Source: a bacterium (lineage in GTDB: Bacteria > Patescibacteriota > Microgenomatia > Levybacterales > UBA12049). Taken from it: DNA of 64,000 nucleotides. The position numbers were made by a program, and so were the translations under genes. Numbering within the stretch: the first letter of the stretch is position 1; every line of letters begins with the position of its first letter. The stretch covers positions 105,890 through 169,889 of the forward strand of contig JAKALS010000003.1 of NCBI GenBank assembly GCA_021813145.1, written 5' to 3'. Under the pieces are notes generated by a model, which worked only from the letters and a program-made list of their open reading frames with translations, did no database searches and had not been told where the DNA came from. This document shows positions 20,509 through 30,793 of this stretch, piece by piece.

Positions 20509-20576
20509 AATTTCTAATTCCTGATTTCTAATTTCTAAAATTAGGTCAATTAGGTCAATTAGAGCAATTAGAAATT

Positions 20577-21935
20577 ATGAAAACAGCTACTTCATTCGTC
20601 TGTCAGGAATGCGGATACGAATCCCCAAAATTTTTAGGTAAATGTCCCGAATGCGGGGAATGGAACAGCTTGCGCGAGTTCAAAGTTCAAAATTCAAAGT
20701 TCAAAGTTGACTCAGGGAAAAAAGAAAATCCTTCGCCAAAAAAACTTTCGGAGGTTAATTATGAAGAGGGAAAAAGGCTTTTAACCGGATTTTCAGAGAT
20801 GGATGAGGTTTTGGGAGGAGGAATAGTGATGGGAAGCGTAACACTTTTGGCAGGGGACCCCGGTGTCGGGAAATCAACGCTGCTTCTTCAGACAGCACTC
20901 AACATCGGTTCGAGGGCTATAATTAAGCAAAAATCCACGGACAAAATACAGGAAATTAAGAACAAAGTGCTGTATATTTCAGGTGAGGAATCCGAACAGC
21001 AGGTAAAATTAAGGGCTCAAAGATTGAATCCGCAAAAAGGCAAAAAAGACGACTTACTTCTTTTGTCTCTGACAAATACCGATGGGGCCGTTTCCGCAAT
21101 AGCCGAAGAAAAGCCGGACTTGGTAATAGTAGATTCTATACAAACAATGGAGTCGGAGAATCTAACAGGTCTTTCGGGGAGCGTGGGTCAGGTAAGATAT
21201 GCGGCTTTGGAGTTTATAAAAGCCGCAAAAACATTGAACATTCCGGTTATCATCGTCGGCCATGTGACAAAAGAGGGAATGGTGGCAGGCCCGATGGTTT
21301 TGTCGCACATGGTTGATACCGTGCTTTTTTTGGAAGGAGAAAAAACAACCGGTACAAGACTTCTTAGGAGTCTTAAAAACCGTTTTGGCCCTGTAGATGA
21401 AGTGGGAGTCTTTTCAATGGCAGAAAACGGCATGGAGGAGGTTAAGAACCCTCAGGAGGTATTTCTGACTCAGAACCGGGAAGAAGGTCCGGGATCAATT
21501 CTTGTCGTAACTCTTGAGGGAAGCAGAGCTTTTTTGGTCGAAATACAGGCTTTGGTTGTGTATTCAAAGCTTCCTATGCCAAGAAGAGTTGCTTCGGGAG
21601 TAGACTACAAGCGTCTGGAGCTTTTGCTTGCAGTTTTGCAAAAACACGCAAGGCTTCCCGTCGACACAATGGACGTTTTCGTTAACGTTGCCGGAGGATT
21701 AAAACTTTCCGATCCGGCTTCTGATCTGGCCATATGCCTTGCAATATATTCAAGCCTTAAAAACGTTCCCCTTAAAAAAGTGGTGGCAATGGGAGAAGTT
21801 GGCCTTTTGGGGGAATTGAGGAATGTCCAGATGCTGGAAAAACGGGTAAAAGAGGCAAAAAAACTGGGTTTTAGTAAAATAATAAGCCCTTCTTATTACA
21901 AATCTTTAGCACAAGTGGTAAAATCATTTAGCTAA
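20577..21935 (+). CDS. radA: DNA repair protein RadA/Sms
   Basis: CQECG..CPECGEWNS zinc finger, GDPGVGKST, KNRFG. Confidence 0.96.
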   Translation: MKTATSFVCQECGYESPKFLGKCPECGEWNSLREFKVQNSKFKVDSGKKENPSPKKLSEVNYEEGKRLLTGFSEMDEVLGGGIVMGSVTLLAGDPGVGKSTLLLQTALNIGSRAIIKQKSTDKIQEIKNKVLYISGEESEQQVKLRAQRLNPQKGKKDDLLLLSLTNTDGAVSAIAEEKPDLVIVDSIQTMESENLTGLSGSVGQVRYAALEFIKAAKTLNIPVIIVGHVTKEGMVAGPMVLSHMVDTVLFLEGEKTTGTRLLRSLKNRFGPVDEVGVFSMAENGMEEVKNPQEVFLTQNREEGPGSILVVTLEGSRAFLVEIQALVVYSKLPMPRRVASGVDYKRLELLLAVLQKHARLPVDTMDVFVNVAGGLKLSDPASDLAICLAIYSSLKNVPLKKVVAMGEVGLLGELRNVQMLEKRVKEAKKLGFSKIISPSYYKSLAQVVKSFS

Positions 21936-21937
21936 TT

Positions 21938-22723
21938 ATGGCGAGAAAAAAAGAACCGGTATTAACAAAACAGGAGAGGGAACAGGTGGAAAGAAATCTG
22001 CCTTTTTCACCGAGGGTAATAGGAATTATAGCCGATGAGGTTGCAAAAACAGTCGTAAGAAGACTCCCTCATCCCACGAGGAATAATAAAAAAAGAAAAA
22101 AAACCAAGAATATTGAGAATCCTGTTTATCTCGATACATCTGCAATAATAGACGGAAGAATATTTGAAGTAATCCATCTTGGTCTTATGAAGTCTACTTT
22201 TGTAATTTTGGAAAGTATCCTTTTGGAATTAAAACACATTGCAGACTCTCAAGATATTGTTAAGAGAGAAAGGGGAAGAAAGGGTCTTGAATATCTTGAA
22301 AAGCTAAAAAAGGAAAAAGGCGTAAAGGTAGACTTTGTCTCCGAAGAAAAAGAAAAAACTATGGAGTTGAATAAATTAAAAGAAGTGGATGAGAGGTTGA
22401 TAAAAGCCGCAAAGATAAGTAAAGCCAGGATTATAACCTGCGATTATAATCTTGAAAAGAAAGCCAATATTTCGGGGGTTACGGCCATAAATGTTAACAC
22501 CCTTGCGAATGTATTAAAAGTTACGGCTGTTCCGGGAGAATCCCTGCGTATAAAAATACTCCATGTCGGTAAAGACCAGAGCCAGGGAGTAGGGTATCTT
22601 GATGATGGAACGATGATTGTTGTTGAGAATTCGAGTCAGGACGTCGGGAAAGAAAAAGACGTTGTGGTATCAAGGGTGATTCAAACAACCGCCGGAAGAA
22701 TCCTCTTTGCAAAGAAAATATAA
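21938..22723 (+). CDS. PIN/TRAM-domain protein (YacL-like)
   Basis: LDTSAIIDGRI, RGRKGL, QGVGYLDDGTMIVVE, QTTAGRILFA; synteny after radA. Confidence 0.88.
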   Translation: MARKKEPVLTKQEREQVERNLPFSPRVIGIIADEVAKTVVRRLPHPTRNNKKRKKTKNIENPVYLDTSAIIDGRIFEVIHLGLMKSTFVILESILLELKHIADSQDIVKRERGRKGLEYLEKLKKEKGVKVDFVSEEKEKTMELNKLKEVDERLIKAAKISKARIITCDYNLEKKANISGVTAINVNTLANVLKVTAVPGESLRIKILHVGKDQSQGVGYLDDGTMIVVENSSQDVGKEKDVVVSRVIQTTAGRILFAKKI

Positions 22724-22818
22724 GAAGCTTCGTTTTTCAAAGGAAAAATTAGATTTACGCCCTTGTCTCACTTCGCTCGCAGACATTTTCAGGCACTTTG
22801 TGGTTCCCAAACTAAAAA

Positions 22819-22853
22819 GGAGATACGATTACCTGCCCAATAATCGTATCTCC
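22819..22853 (-). terminator. Perfect 13-bp hairpin, probable intrinsic terminator
   Basis: GGAGATACGATTA/TAATCGTATCTCC followed by a T-run on the minus strand. Confidence 0.55.
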
Positions 22854-23079
22854 GTTCTAGCTTCCAAATAAATTGCTAAAAATATCAATCTATATCAACT
22901 TAATCGATTAATTTTAGCTTCATCTATTTTTCTTGACAACTTATTAAATATTTGATATCAAATTCAACAAGGCAATTAGTTTTATTTCCTGCCTAAAGGA
23001 CTAACTGCCCTTTTTCCAAGAGCATTGCTTATCGTACCTGAAATTATCAATCCTGCGTAACGAAAGCGATGCTCTTTTT

Positions 23080-23223
23080 TTAAAGAAATGCTACCGGTAC
23101 ACTTATCCCTTTTTCCAGCAGTTTTTTAAACTGCTCACGTCCCTGCTTCACAAGTATTTCCTGCTTGTAATCTGCAATTGTCTTCCTTGCCTTAGCTGTG
23201 CTTTTAAAAATCTGGAATTTCAT
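23080..23223 (-). CDS. Small 47-aa basic protein
   Basis: MKFQIFKS...GISVPVAFL; TTGACA-17-TAGAAT promoter 10 nt upstream. Confidence 0.6.
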   Translation of the reverse strand: MKFQIFKSTAKARKTIADYKQEILVKQGREQFKKLLEKGISVPVAFL

Positions 23224-23467
23224 ATCTAACCGAATTCTACCATAATGTGTCAAGTCTGTCAAACCTATAGCAAATTATGGGCTTAAAATCGTATGCCCTG
23301 TAGTATTTATATTTTGTTTTGGATTGATTTAACGCCCTTTTTAAAATTAAGAAAAAAATGTGGATAACTTGTATATAAGATTTTCCGTTTGTCATTTCTC
23401 ATTCTCCAATCAATTTTTTAATTTAAAAAATGAAAAATAAATAGTAGATGGTGAAATGAGTCTGGCT

Positions 23468-24229
23468 TTATGCCGGTTTTATTACGGTGGAGAAGAATGT
23501 TCGAAGGGGCGGTTGGAAGTCGTAAAGAGAAGAGGATCTAAGCCAAAGCTTGGCAAGCGAAATAATATTTCGCTTAACGTCCGAAAGATAAATTTTAGGA
23601 TCATTTCTGTGGTAGTGGAGGAAATCGTCCATATTTGCGAATTTTCCAAAAGGCAATAGTTTCATAAACAAGTCGCTGTATACGAACGGTTTTGAATTGG
23701 TATTAAACCTTAAAACGTCTTTCGGGAGAATCATTTTGTTTATAAGAACTGTTTCAAATTGAAGGGAAATTCCGTGAAGAGGACTTGAGGCTATTAAATC
23801 GTGATATAGAGGGAAGTCGCTTTTGCCTATTTTCTTGTCATTTTCGTTAATAAAGGTACATTGGGAACCTACAGCGACTATTCCGGGATTATCAATCAGG
23901 AATCTAAATTGTTTTTTAATCCTGTTCGGGCTTGAGATGTCGTTTGTATCCATAAAGGCTATATAGCTTCCTTTAGTCTTTTTAAGGAGTCTGTTTAAAG
24001 TCACTGCTATTCCGTACCTTTTTACATTTTTATACACTCTCAGCCTTTTGTCCTTTTTCCTGTATTGATTCAAGATTCTGTAGGATTTATCGGAGGATTT
24101 ATCGTCTATGGCAACTATTTCTATATTTTTGTAGCTTTGGTTTAAAAGGCTGTTTAAGCATTCGGAAAGATATTTTTCCGAGTTGTGGACAGGCAATAAA
24201 ATAGATATCAAAGGTTTTGGATTGTTCAT
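23468..24229 (-). CDS. Glycosyltransferase family 2
   Basis: ISILLPVHNSEKYL.ECL.SLL.Q, IDDKSSD. Confidence 0.9.
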   Translation of the reverse strand: MNNPKPLISILLPVHNSEKYLSECLNSLLNQSYKNIEIVAIDDKSSDKSYRILNQYRKKDKRLRVYKNVKRYGIAVTLNRLLKKTKGSYIAFMDTNDISSPNRIKKQFRFLIDNPGIVAVGSQCTFINENDKKIGKSDFPLYHDLIASSPLHGISLQFETVLINKMILPKDVLRFNTNSKPFVYSDLFMKLLPFGKFANMDDFLHYHRNDPKIYLSDVKRNIISLAKLWLRSSSLYDFQPPLRTFFSTVIKPA

Positions 24230-24314
24230 AATAGTCGAGGACTTCTATGGATTTAATGTCGGACAGTCATTTTAACAACAGGTATTCTAACATCTTGATT
24301 TCTTTTTGTCAATT

Positions 24315-25064
24315 TTATAAGGAATTGCTTTTCGGAAGTATTGTTAAACCAAGACCATACCTATTGACGCGGAGTAATGCAATCCTGAAGCTAAAGAGAT
24401 ACAAGACATGCTCGAGTCCGGTCCTTACAAGGCTTTGTTTGCTTATATCGAATATTCTGTCTCTGTATGATATCTGTTCTTCGGAGAAATTGAGTTTCGG
24501 GTGAATAAAGGATTTGAGTTTTATCTCAAGGGACAAATTCCAGCCTCCTTCAAAAAGTTTGATTTCTTCCAGAGCGTGTCTCCTAAAAACCCACATTCCG
24601 CTTAATGAATCTTTTATTTTGTAACCGTATAAGAACCAGGTAATAATATTCAGTATCCTTACTCCGGTTGCTCTTATGAACGACATTTTTTTAGGGTTCT
24701 TAAAGGGAAGTCTATTGCACGAGATAAAATCCAAATTTTTGTCTATGAGTTTTCCCGCGAGGCGGGGGATTTCTTTTGCCGGATATGAACCGTCTCCGTC
24801 CATACATATTACAATCGTACCCTTAGCTTCGCCTATACCTTTTTGGAGGGCATAACCGTATCCTATTCCGTATTTGTTTACCCTATTTTCCTTAAAAATT
24901 CTGGCTCCATATCTTTTTGCCACATCAAGAGTTTTATCGGTGGAATTATTATCAACCACGATAACCTCATCTATCTCCTCAGGCAGTCTTTTAAGAACCG
25001 TCTCAAGAGCTTTGCCCTCATTCCTACAGGGCATAATTAATGATATTGTATGTTGTTTTATCAT
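24315..25064 (-). CDS. Glycosyltransferase family 2 (DPM-synthase-like)
   Basis: IMPCRNE, VVDNNSTD, GYGYAL, MDGDGSYP. Confidence 0.9.
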   Translation of the reverse strand: MIKQHTISLIMPCRNEGKALETVLKRLPEEIDEVIVVDNNSTDKTLDVAKRYGARIFKENRVNKYGIGYGYALQKGIGEAKGTIVICMDGDGSYPAKEIPRLAGKLIDKNLDFISCNRLPFKNPKKMSFIRATGVRILNIITWFLYGYKIKDSLSGMWVFRRHALEEIKLFEGGWNLSLEIKLKSFIHPKLNFSEEQISYRDRIFDISKQSLVRTGLEHVLYLFSFRIALLRVNRYGLGLTILPKSNSL

Positions 25065-25136
25065 AATTATTATAGGCTTGATTTTTTGGGAGGATTAGTA
25101 TATCATACAGAGGCAAATTTGGCAATATATTAAACT

Positions 25137-25910
25137 ATGTCAATATCCTTTAAAACACTAATAAAATCCCTTATTATACTTGCTATAGGATTTATATCCT
25201 TATTGGTTACACTTGTAAGAATGCCTGTCAGCAGCTCTTTTGCAGGAGGGCAGAGGATAGAGTCTTCTTCTTATGGGTTAAGCGTATATCAGCCTTCGGG
25301 AAGTACGCTTTTTACAATAACGCCTCTTAACGATTATTTTTATGACGGTCAGGCAAAAGAACATCTTGAAAATAAACTTCTACAAAGCGGGAACGGAAAC
25401 TTATTTTCGGAAGCTGTTTTAGATATTGAAAACGTAGTTTTTAATAAAGATGGTCTGCTTTGGAAAACAAAAGGACTTAATTCAAAAGGAGGTTCTTCAG
25501 TCAGCTATAGTGTCGAATCCTCAAACGGCGGAATAAAGATTACAAGAGGAATAAATCTTCAAAAAGTTGAACCCACGGCAATAGGACAGGTATTTACCAT
25601 TTGCAGTGATTGCATGGTGACGGATAACACGAACAGAGCTTATTTTAACGGCGACACCGTAAACAGCGATTTGATAAATATAGCTTTAAAAGCAAATAAG
25701 GTGCCTACGATTATAGGAGAAAACCAGTCTTTTCCGGCCGGAATAACAAAAATTATAATAATAGGTAGAGACGGGAAGGAAAAAATGTCGATGCCTGTTG
25801 CGGGAGAGACTATTTACCTTCAGGACAAATGGCATCTCCTTGAGTTTAAGACGCCCGTGGCTAAAGCAAAAACAGAAAATGTTTCCCAGGTTATTTATCT
25901 TGCAAACTAA
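25137..25910 (+). CDS. Membrane-anchored hypothetical protein
   Basis: N-terminal TM, 257 aa. Confidence 0.65.
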   Translation: MSISFKTLIKSLIILAIGFISLLVTLVRMPVSSSFAGGQRIESSSYGLSVYQPSGSTLFTITPLNDYFYDGQAKEHLENKLLQSGNGNLFSEAVLDIENVVFNKDGLLWKTKGLNSKGGSSVSYSVESSNGGIKITRGINLQKVEPTAIGQVFTICSDCMVTDNTNRAYFNGDTVNSDLINIALKANKVPTIIGENQSFPAGITKIIIIGRDGKEKMSMPVAGETIYLQDKWHLLEFKTPVAKAKTENVSQVIYLAN

Positions 25911-25913
25911 AAT

Positions 25914-27710
25914 ATGTTAACCGATTTCTTTGCCGCAATTTCGTTTTATTTGATACCGTACCTTACGGGAAGGTTTTTTACCAGAAAAACTTTCCTGGCA
26001 TGGATAATAGGTGCTTTTTTATGGTTTCCTCTGTATTTTATAGTTTCATTTATCGCTTTAAAAACAGGAAATTTCTCTCTTATTATCCGCTATCTGGCAA
26101 TAGGGGTAAGCTTATTATCGGTTTTGAATATCTTAAGGCAGTTTTTAAAAGAGAGGCCAAAACTAGATTTAAAAGAAATTGCTCCCTATACTTTTTTAGT
26201 TTTGTTTACTGCAGGAGTTTATTTTTTAATCTGGAAAAGGAGTACACCTTACCCGTTGCAGCTTAACTGGGATATATACGAGCATATAACACTCTCAAAT
26301 CTCATATCGCAGGGCAGGTTATCGGCTTTTACTACTAATATATCCGATACCTTTACTTTTAACAGTTACTCTCCGCTTTTCGGTATCTTGCTTTCATTAC
26401 CCAAAATTATTTTTCAAAGGAGCCTCATAGGAATTTATTGGTGGCTTGAGTACTGGCAGTATTTATTAACCGCAATAGCTTCATATCTTCTTGCAAAAAG
26501 AATTTTTAAAGATAGAAGTCTTGCCATATTTTCGGCGGTGCTCTCATCTTTAACATTTGAGTCCGTCGTTGCCTATACCGTTTTTTTTCTTATACCCCAG
26601 ACATTAGCAGTATTAATAGCAGTACTTGCGGCCTACGAGCTAATGGATTATAAAAAGATATTTCTTCTTATAACGGCTATCGTTATATTCCTGATGCATT
26701 ATATAGTAGGCCCGCTGTGCCTTGTCTTTCTTGTGTGTTTATATCTTGCTCCAAGAGTTCCTTTATCTTTAAAGCGTCTTAATCTTCTTATCACGGCGGC
26801 AATACTGTTTTTGGCAGGAGCTTTAGGATTACACTTTTTAGGCAGATGGAATATTCTTTCCATAGAAGAAGCTTCGCATTTTGATTTTACGATTTACCAA
26901 AAAGCGGGTTTTATTCTTGACTGGTACGGTATATTTCTGGCATTTGCCCTTATAGGAATATTTGCCATTTTAAGAAATAAAAGTTATTCCCAGAAAATTT
27001 TTCTTATTCTTGCGCTTGGAGTTTTTGGCATATCTTTTGCACCTTTTTCTTACTTTTTGAAGTTTTATGTTCTCGGTCATTATCTCACAAATGTTATTAT
27101 TGTCGCCGGAATTGCTTTTTTGGTATCTAATTTTTCAAAAGTTCTTAAAACGGTTTCATTTATCTTCCTGACGCTTGTGATGCTTCTTACTTTTTACAAT
27201 AACCAATTAATGTACAAAGGGCCTCTTCATTTCCAAAATTACGTAACTCAGATTTCCTACGGGGAATTGCAGGCAGCGGCCTGGCTTTCGTCCCACAATA
27301 AAAACGGAAATGACTTTTTGATAAGCGACCCGAGCCTTCAATATATTCTTGAGGCTAACTCCGGCGTCGATACGCAAGGAGGGGTATATACGAATCTTAA
27401 TACAAGAAAAGCCCTCGAATCAATTAATGGCTCCTACAATACGCAGTTTATAAAAAGTGAGCTTTTAAGTATCAAAGACTCTCTTCCTAAGGATCAAAAT
27501 TTAAACAGAAAAGTTCTTTTTGCGGTCGGCGGAAGATACTTTGCCTGGCAGGAACTCCCCCAAAGCCAAAAAGAAAGCTCTTTTTATAATATTTGGGCGC
27601 CCAAAGATATAACTTCTACAGAACAAAATTACATAAATTTTCTTAAAAACAGCAAACAATTCAAGCTTCTTTACGAGAATAGGCAGATAGCTATTTTTGA
27701 AGTAATATGA
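25914..27710 (+). CDS. Polytopic membrane protein, probable GT-C glycosyltransferase
   Basis: NWDIYEH loop after the early TMs, more than 10 TMs, C-terminal LYEN..IAIFEV. Confidence 0.6.
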   Translation: MLTDFFAAISFYLIPYLTGRFFTRKTFLAWIIGAFLWFPLYFIVSFIALKTGNFSLIIRYLAIGVSLLSVLNILRQFLKERPKLDLKEIAPYTFLVLFTAGVYFLIWKRSTPYPLQLNWDIYEHITLSNLISQGRLSAFTTNISDTFTFNSYSPLFGILLSLPKIIFQRSLIGIYWWLEYWQYLLTAIASYLLAKRIFKDRSLAIFSAVLSSLTFESVVAYTVFFLIPQTLAVLIAVLAAYELMDYKKIFLLITAIVIFLMHYIVGPLCLVFLVCLYLAPRVPLSLKRLNLLITAAILFLAGALGLHFLGRWNILSIEEASHFDFTIYQKAGFILDWYGIFLAFALIGIFAILRNKSYSQKIFLILALGVFGISFAPFSYFLKFYVLGHYLTNVIIVAGIAFLVSNFSKVLKTVSFIFLTLVMLLTFYNNQLMYKGPLHFQNYVTQISYGELQAAAWLSSHNKNGNDFLISDPSLQYILEANSGVDTQGGVYTNLNTRKALESINGSYNTQFIKSELLSIKDSLPKDQNLNRKVLFAVGGRYFAWQELPQSQKESSFYNIWAPKDITSTEQNYINFLKNSKQFKLLYENRQIAIFEVI

Positions 27711-28798
27711 AAAGAATTTTAGTAATTACACCATATTTTTACCCTCATATAGGAGGAAGCGAAAAATACATGGAAGAGCTTTATTCTTATTTAAAGTCAA
27801 GAAATAAAGATATTGATGTAGACGTCCTTTCTTACTCAACGGGTAAATTTAAAAAGAGGGAAGAGTACAGGGGACTTAATGTATATAGAATAAAAGGTTA
27901 TGAAATTTTAAAAGACCAGTTCATTCTTCCGGATCCTGTTTCCCTGTTCGGTTTTTTAGTAAAGCATAAAGATTACGATCTCGTCCACACCTCGACAAGG
28001 TTTTTTGATTCTTCCTGGTGGGGGCCTTTATATGCAAAACTAATAGGTTCAAAAGTAGTTTTAACGGACCACTGTGCTTACCATCCCGTAAACTCAAGCG
28101 AATTGGTAAATTTAGCAGTAAGGCTTGCCGAAGCAACAATAGTCAGATTTGCTCTTCATTTTTATGACGGTATTTTTGCTGAGAATAAAAAAACAAAAGA
28201 TTTTTTAAGAAAAAATTTCAAAGTTGGCTCAAAAATTGCTTATCCCGGCCTTTTTGAGGAAACGAAAATAATAAAAAAGGAAAATAAAAGATTAAAGGTG
28301 GTTTATGTAGGCAGAATGCTGAAGTCCAAAGGAGTAGGAGAGCTACTGGATGCCGCAAAAGAGATAGAGGAAGCGGACTTTATTTTTGCCGGAGAGGGCA
28401 GCTATCTGAGTGAACTGAAAAAAGAAGCAAAAAAAATAAAAAATGTAAGGTTTTTGGGTAAAGTTCCCCAAAAAGAGGTAATGAGACTTCTTAAAACTTG
28501 CGATATATTTGCCTATCCTTCAAGGCACAGCGAAGGCCTTCCTTTAGCCCTTATCCAGGCCGGGCAAAACGGATTGGCCGTTGTGGCTTCTAAAAGCGGC
28601 GCAATAAGTGAAATAATAAATGACAGGGAAACAGGATTACTCGTAAAAAAAGGTAATTCTAAGGCGTTTAGAGAGGCTCTTGGAGAGCTTGTTAAGAATA
28701 GTAGACTTAGGAATAGGCTTGGAAATAATCTCAAGAATTTTACTCTTAAAACTTTTTCCTGGCAAAAAACTTCGGATTTAGTTCTTCAAAACCTCTAA
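27707..28798 (+). CDS. Glycosyltransferase family 4
   Basis: YFYPHIGGSE, YVGRM..KG, PSRHSEGLPLAL. Confidence 0.9.
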   Translation: MKRILVITPYFYPHIGGSEKYMEELYSYLKSRNKDIDVDVLSYSTGKFKKREEYRGLNVYRIKGYEILKDQFILPDPVSLFGFLVKHKDYDLVHTSTRFFDSSWWGPLYAKLIGSKVVLTDHCAYHPVNSSELVNLAVRLAEATIVRFALHFYDGIFAENKKTKDFLRKNFKVGSKIAYPGLFEETKIIKKENKRLKVVYVGRMLKSKGVGELLDAAKEIEEADFIFAGEGSYLSELKKEAKKIKNVRFLGKVPQKEVMRLLKTCDIFAYPSRHSEGLPLALIQAGQNGLAVVASKSGAISEIINDRETGLLVKKGNSKAFREALGELVKNSRLRNRLGNNLKNFTLKTFSWQKTSDLVLQNL

Positions 28799-28799
28799 C

Positions 28800-28825
28800 A
28801 AAAACCCCGCCTAAGCGGGGTTTTT
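28800..28825. terminator. Bidirectional intrinsic terminator
   Basis: AAAAACCCCGC-CTAA-GCGGGGTTTTT between convergent genes. Confidence 0.85.
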
Positions 28826-28842
28826 GAAGATAGCTTCTAAGC

Positions 28843-29811
28843 TTAGTTTCCCGGAATTACCGGTTTAACTACTCCTTCAGGTAAAGGATTTTCTCCTTTA
28901 AGTTGAGGATGGTCGTTTGGACCTCTTTCAACTTTGATTTCCTGAGGCTGTCCGTTTATTGTCTGCATCTTAAAGACAAGTTGTACTCTTGTGTCTACTT
29001 TTCCTTCTCCTTGCGCGGAGCAAGGCATTTCGATACTTAAGTCACCTAATTCGCTTGGAGTATAGATTACGGGTGAGCCGTCAGGCCATTCGAGTTGCCT
29101 TCCCGTATCGGCATCCACCATCCAAACCTGTTGTCCCGGAAGCATTCCCTTTAGGGTAAATTGCATTTCCCATCCAGGATTTTGGACGAGATTTCTAGAT
29201 GCGTCGTGTCCCCAGGCCCCATCACTTCTGTGCTGGTATTCTACGCCTAAAGACAAAGCTACCATTCCCCCCTGGTTTCCTCTAACAATCAACTCTCCGG
29301 GCAATCCGTGAGATTCTAATGTAGCCGCATTTGCGTCTAAATTGTTAAAAGCAACGGGGTAGTGGGGTCCTATTCCTCTCCAGTTGTTTGCAGCGTTTGC
29401 TGTAAACTGGTCGTAAACAGGATAAAACCATTGTCCTTCCTGGTAACTTGTAAGCGAACTTACGTGTACCTCTGAAAGATTTGAAGGGACAGGAATAGCG
29501 GCTCCTATCTGTGCTCCTAATTCAGGGTTCTGAGGAACCACACACTTAACCTCTGTGCTCATAGGAGCCAAAGTTGCCTGTGTGGGCTCAGGAGTTTCAG
29601 GCGCAAAGGTTACCTGTACTCCTTCCGCGCTTGCTGTCGGTCCTGTGGAAGGCAGAGCTCCTGGTGTTACGATAGGACTGGGAGTTTCGGGCGGGACTCC
29701 TGCAGAAGTATTGTTAAAACTGATTCTATCAGCTCCGGCCATTAAGCCTCCTCCTACAAGCACTCCTGCTACACCTCCTCCTATTAAAGCTGCTTTTGTT
29801 TCGTTTCGCAT
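28843..29811 (-). CDS. Exported hypothetical protein with Pro/Thr linker
   Basis: N-terminal hydrophobic Gly-rich segment; coupled to the upstream gene via TAATG. Confidence 0.7.
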   Translation of the reverse strand: MRNETKAALIGGGVAGVLVGGGLMAGADRISFNNTSAGVPPETPSPIVTPGALPSTGPTASAEGVQVTFAPETPEPTQATLAPMSTEVKCVVPQNPELGAQIGAAIPVPSNLSEVHVSSLTSYQEGQWFYPVYDQFTANAANNWRGIGPHYPVAFNNLDANAATLESHGLPGELIVRGNQGGMVALSLGVEYQHRSDGAWGHDASRNLVQNPGWEMQFTLKGMLPGQQVWMVDADTGRQLEWPDGSPVIYTPSELGDLSIEMPCSAQGEGKVDTRVQLVFKMQTINGQPQEIKVERGPNDHPQLKGENPLPEGVVKPVIPGN

Positions 29812-30500
29812 TATTTCTCACCCCCCTCTTTCGTCAACTGTTTTGATTTTTTCCTAAGTAACATTCCTCCCAAGGCTCCGGGCAAAAGCCCCAACAGCGG
29901 AAGCATTTCCGGTCCCGTAGGAGGAGTAGTTTTTATAGAAGGTACAGGTGCAACCGTAGGCGAGGGAGTTGCCGTAGGCTGTTGTATGCAAAGTTGGGAA
30001 GAATCGGACTGGGTCTGTCCGTTTGTGTCGGTTGCGGTGACTTGGTTAATTACACAAAAAGGTCCGGAGGTCGAAGGAATATTGCTTGCGATTTGAGCAG
30101 TAATTACATATGTGAGGCTCTGTCCGGGATTTAAATTTGTAACGGTAAAGTTTAGGGTATTATTCGAAGAATTGTAGTTTCCGACTCCTGAAACAAAAGT
30201 AACGTATTGGGGAAAAGTATCTACGACATTCAAAGAAGGGATATTATTTGATCCGGTATTGGTAACTACTATTTGATAGTTAACGCTTTGGGAAGGAGTA
30301 TATAAGGCATCGGAAGTACCAAGATTATGAACATATTGGCCGCCGCCCTTTCCGGGAACTTGAACGGATTTGCTTATTGTGAAGTTATAAGTACAGGTCT
30401 GACCGCCGCCATACACCGACTGGCAGTCTGCATTTGCTTTTTTAGTCAGTAATCCAAAAAAAGCAAATAAAACAATACTAAAAATAATGAGCTTTTTCAT
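29811..30500 (-). CDS. DUF11-type Ig-domain surface protein with C-terminal TPPTG anchor-like motif
   Basis: Signal peptide, YQIVVTNTG..VVDTFP...FVSG, then TPPTG-hydrophobic-RKK. Confidence 0.75.
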   Translation of the reverse strand: MKKLIIFSIVLFAFFGLLTKKANADCQSVYGGGQTCTYNFTISKSVQVPGKGGGQYVHNLGTSDALYTPSQSVNYQIVVTNTGSNNIPSLNVVDTFPQYVTFVSGVGNYNSSNNTLNFTVTNLNPGQSLTYVITAQIASNIPSTSGPFCVINQVTATDTNGQTQSDSSQLCIQQPTATPSPTVAPVPSIKTTPPTGPEMLPLLGLLPGALGGMLLRKKSKQLTKEGGEK

Positions 30501-30793
30501 AACTCTAGTTTATTGGGGGACAGGGAGGAATTATAGCAAAGTATTATAGGATAGTCAATAGGTCAAACTAACTCAGCCAAATTTCAAATATGCAAATGAC
30601 TAATAAGGAAATTGCATTTGAAATTTGTTTATTGTTTTTTGTCCCTTGACAAAAATAAAGGGGTGTGGTCTAATAATAATTGCTTTTAAAGGTCTTCTCC
30701 CGTCACAGCGGGATCAAAAAGCATTCCCAGTTTTTTATCATTGTATATAAGAACTCACTTTTTACTAATTACAATTAACTATTGACTTGACTT

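Noticed and set aside
23359-23378. oriC suggested by TGTGGATAA plus TGTATATAA
   Set aside because: Only one perfect and one imperfect DnaA box, no dnaA/dnaN nearby and no strand switch
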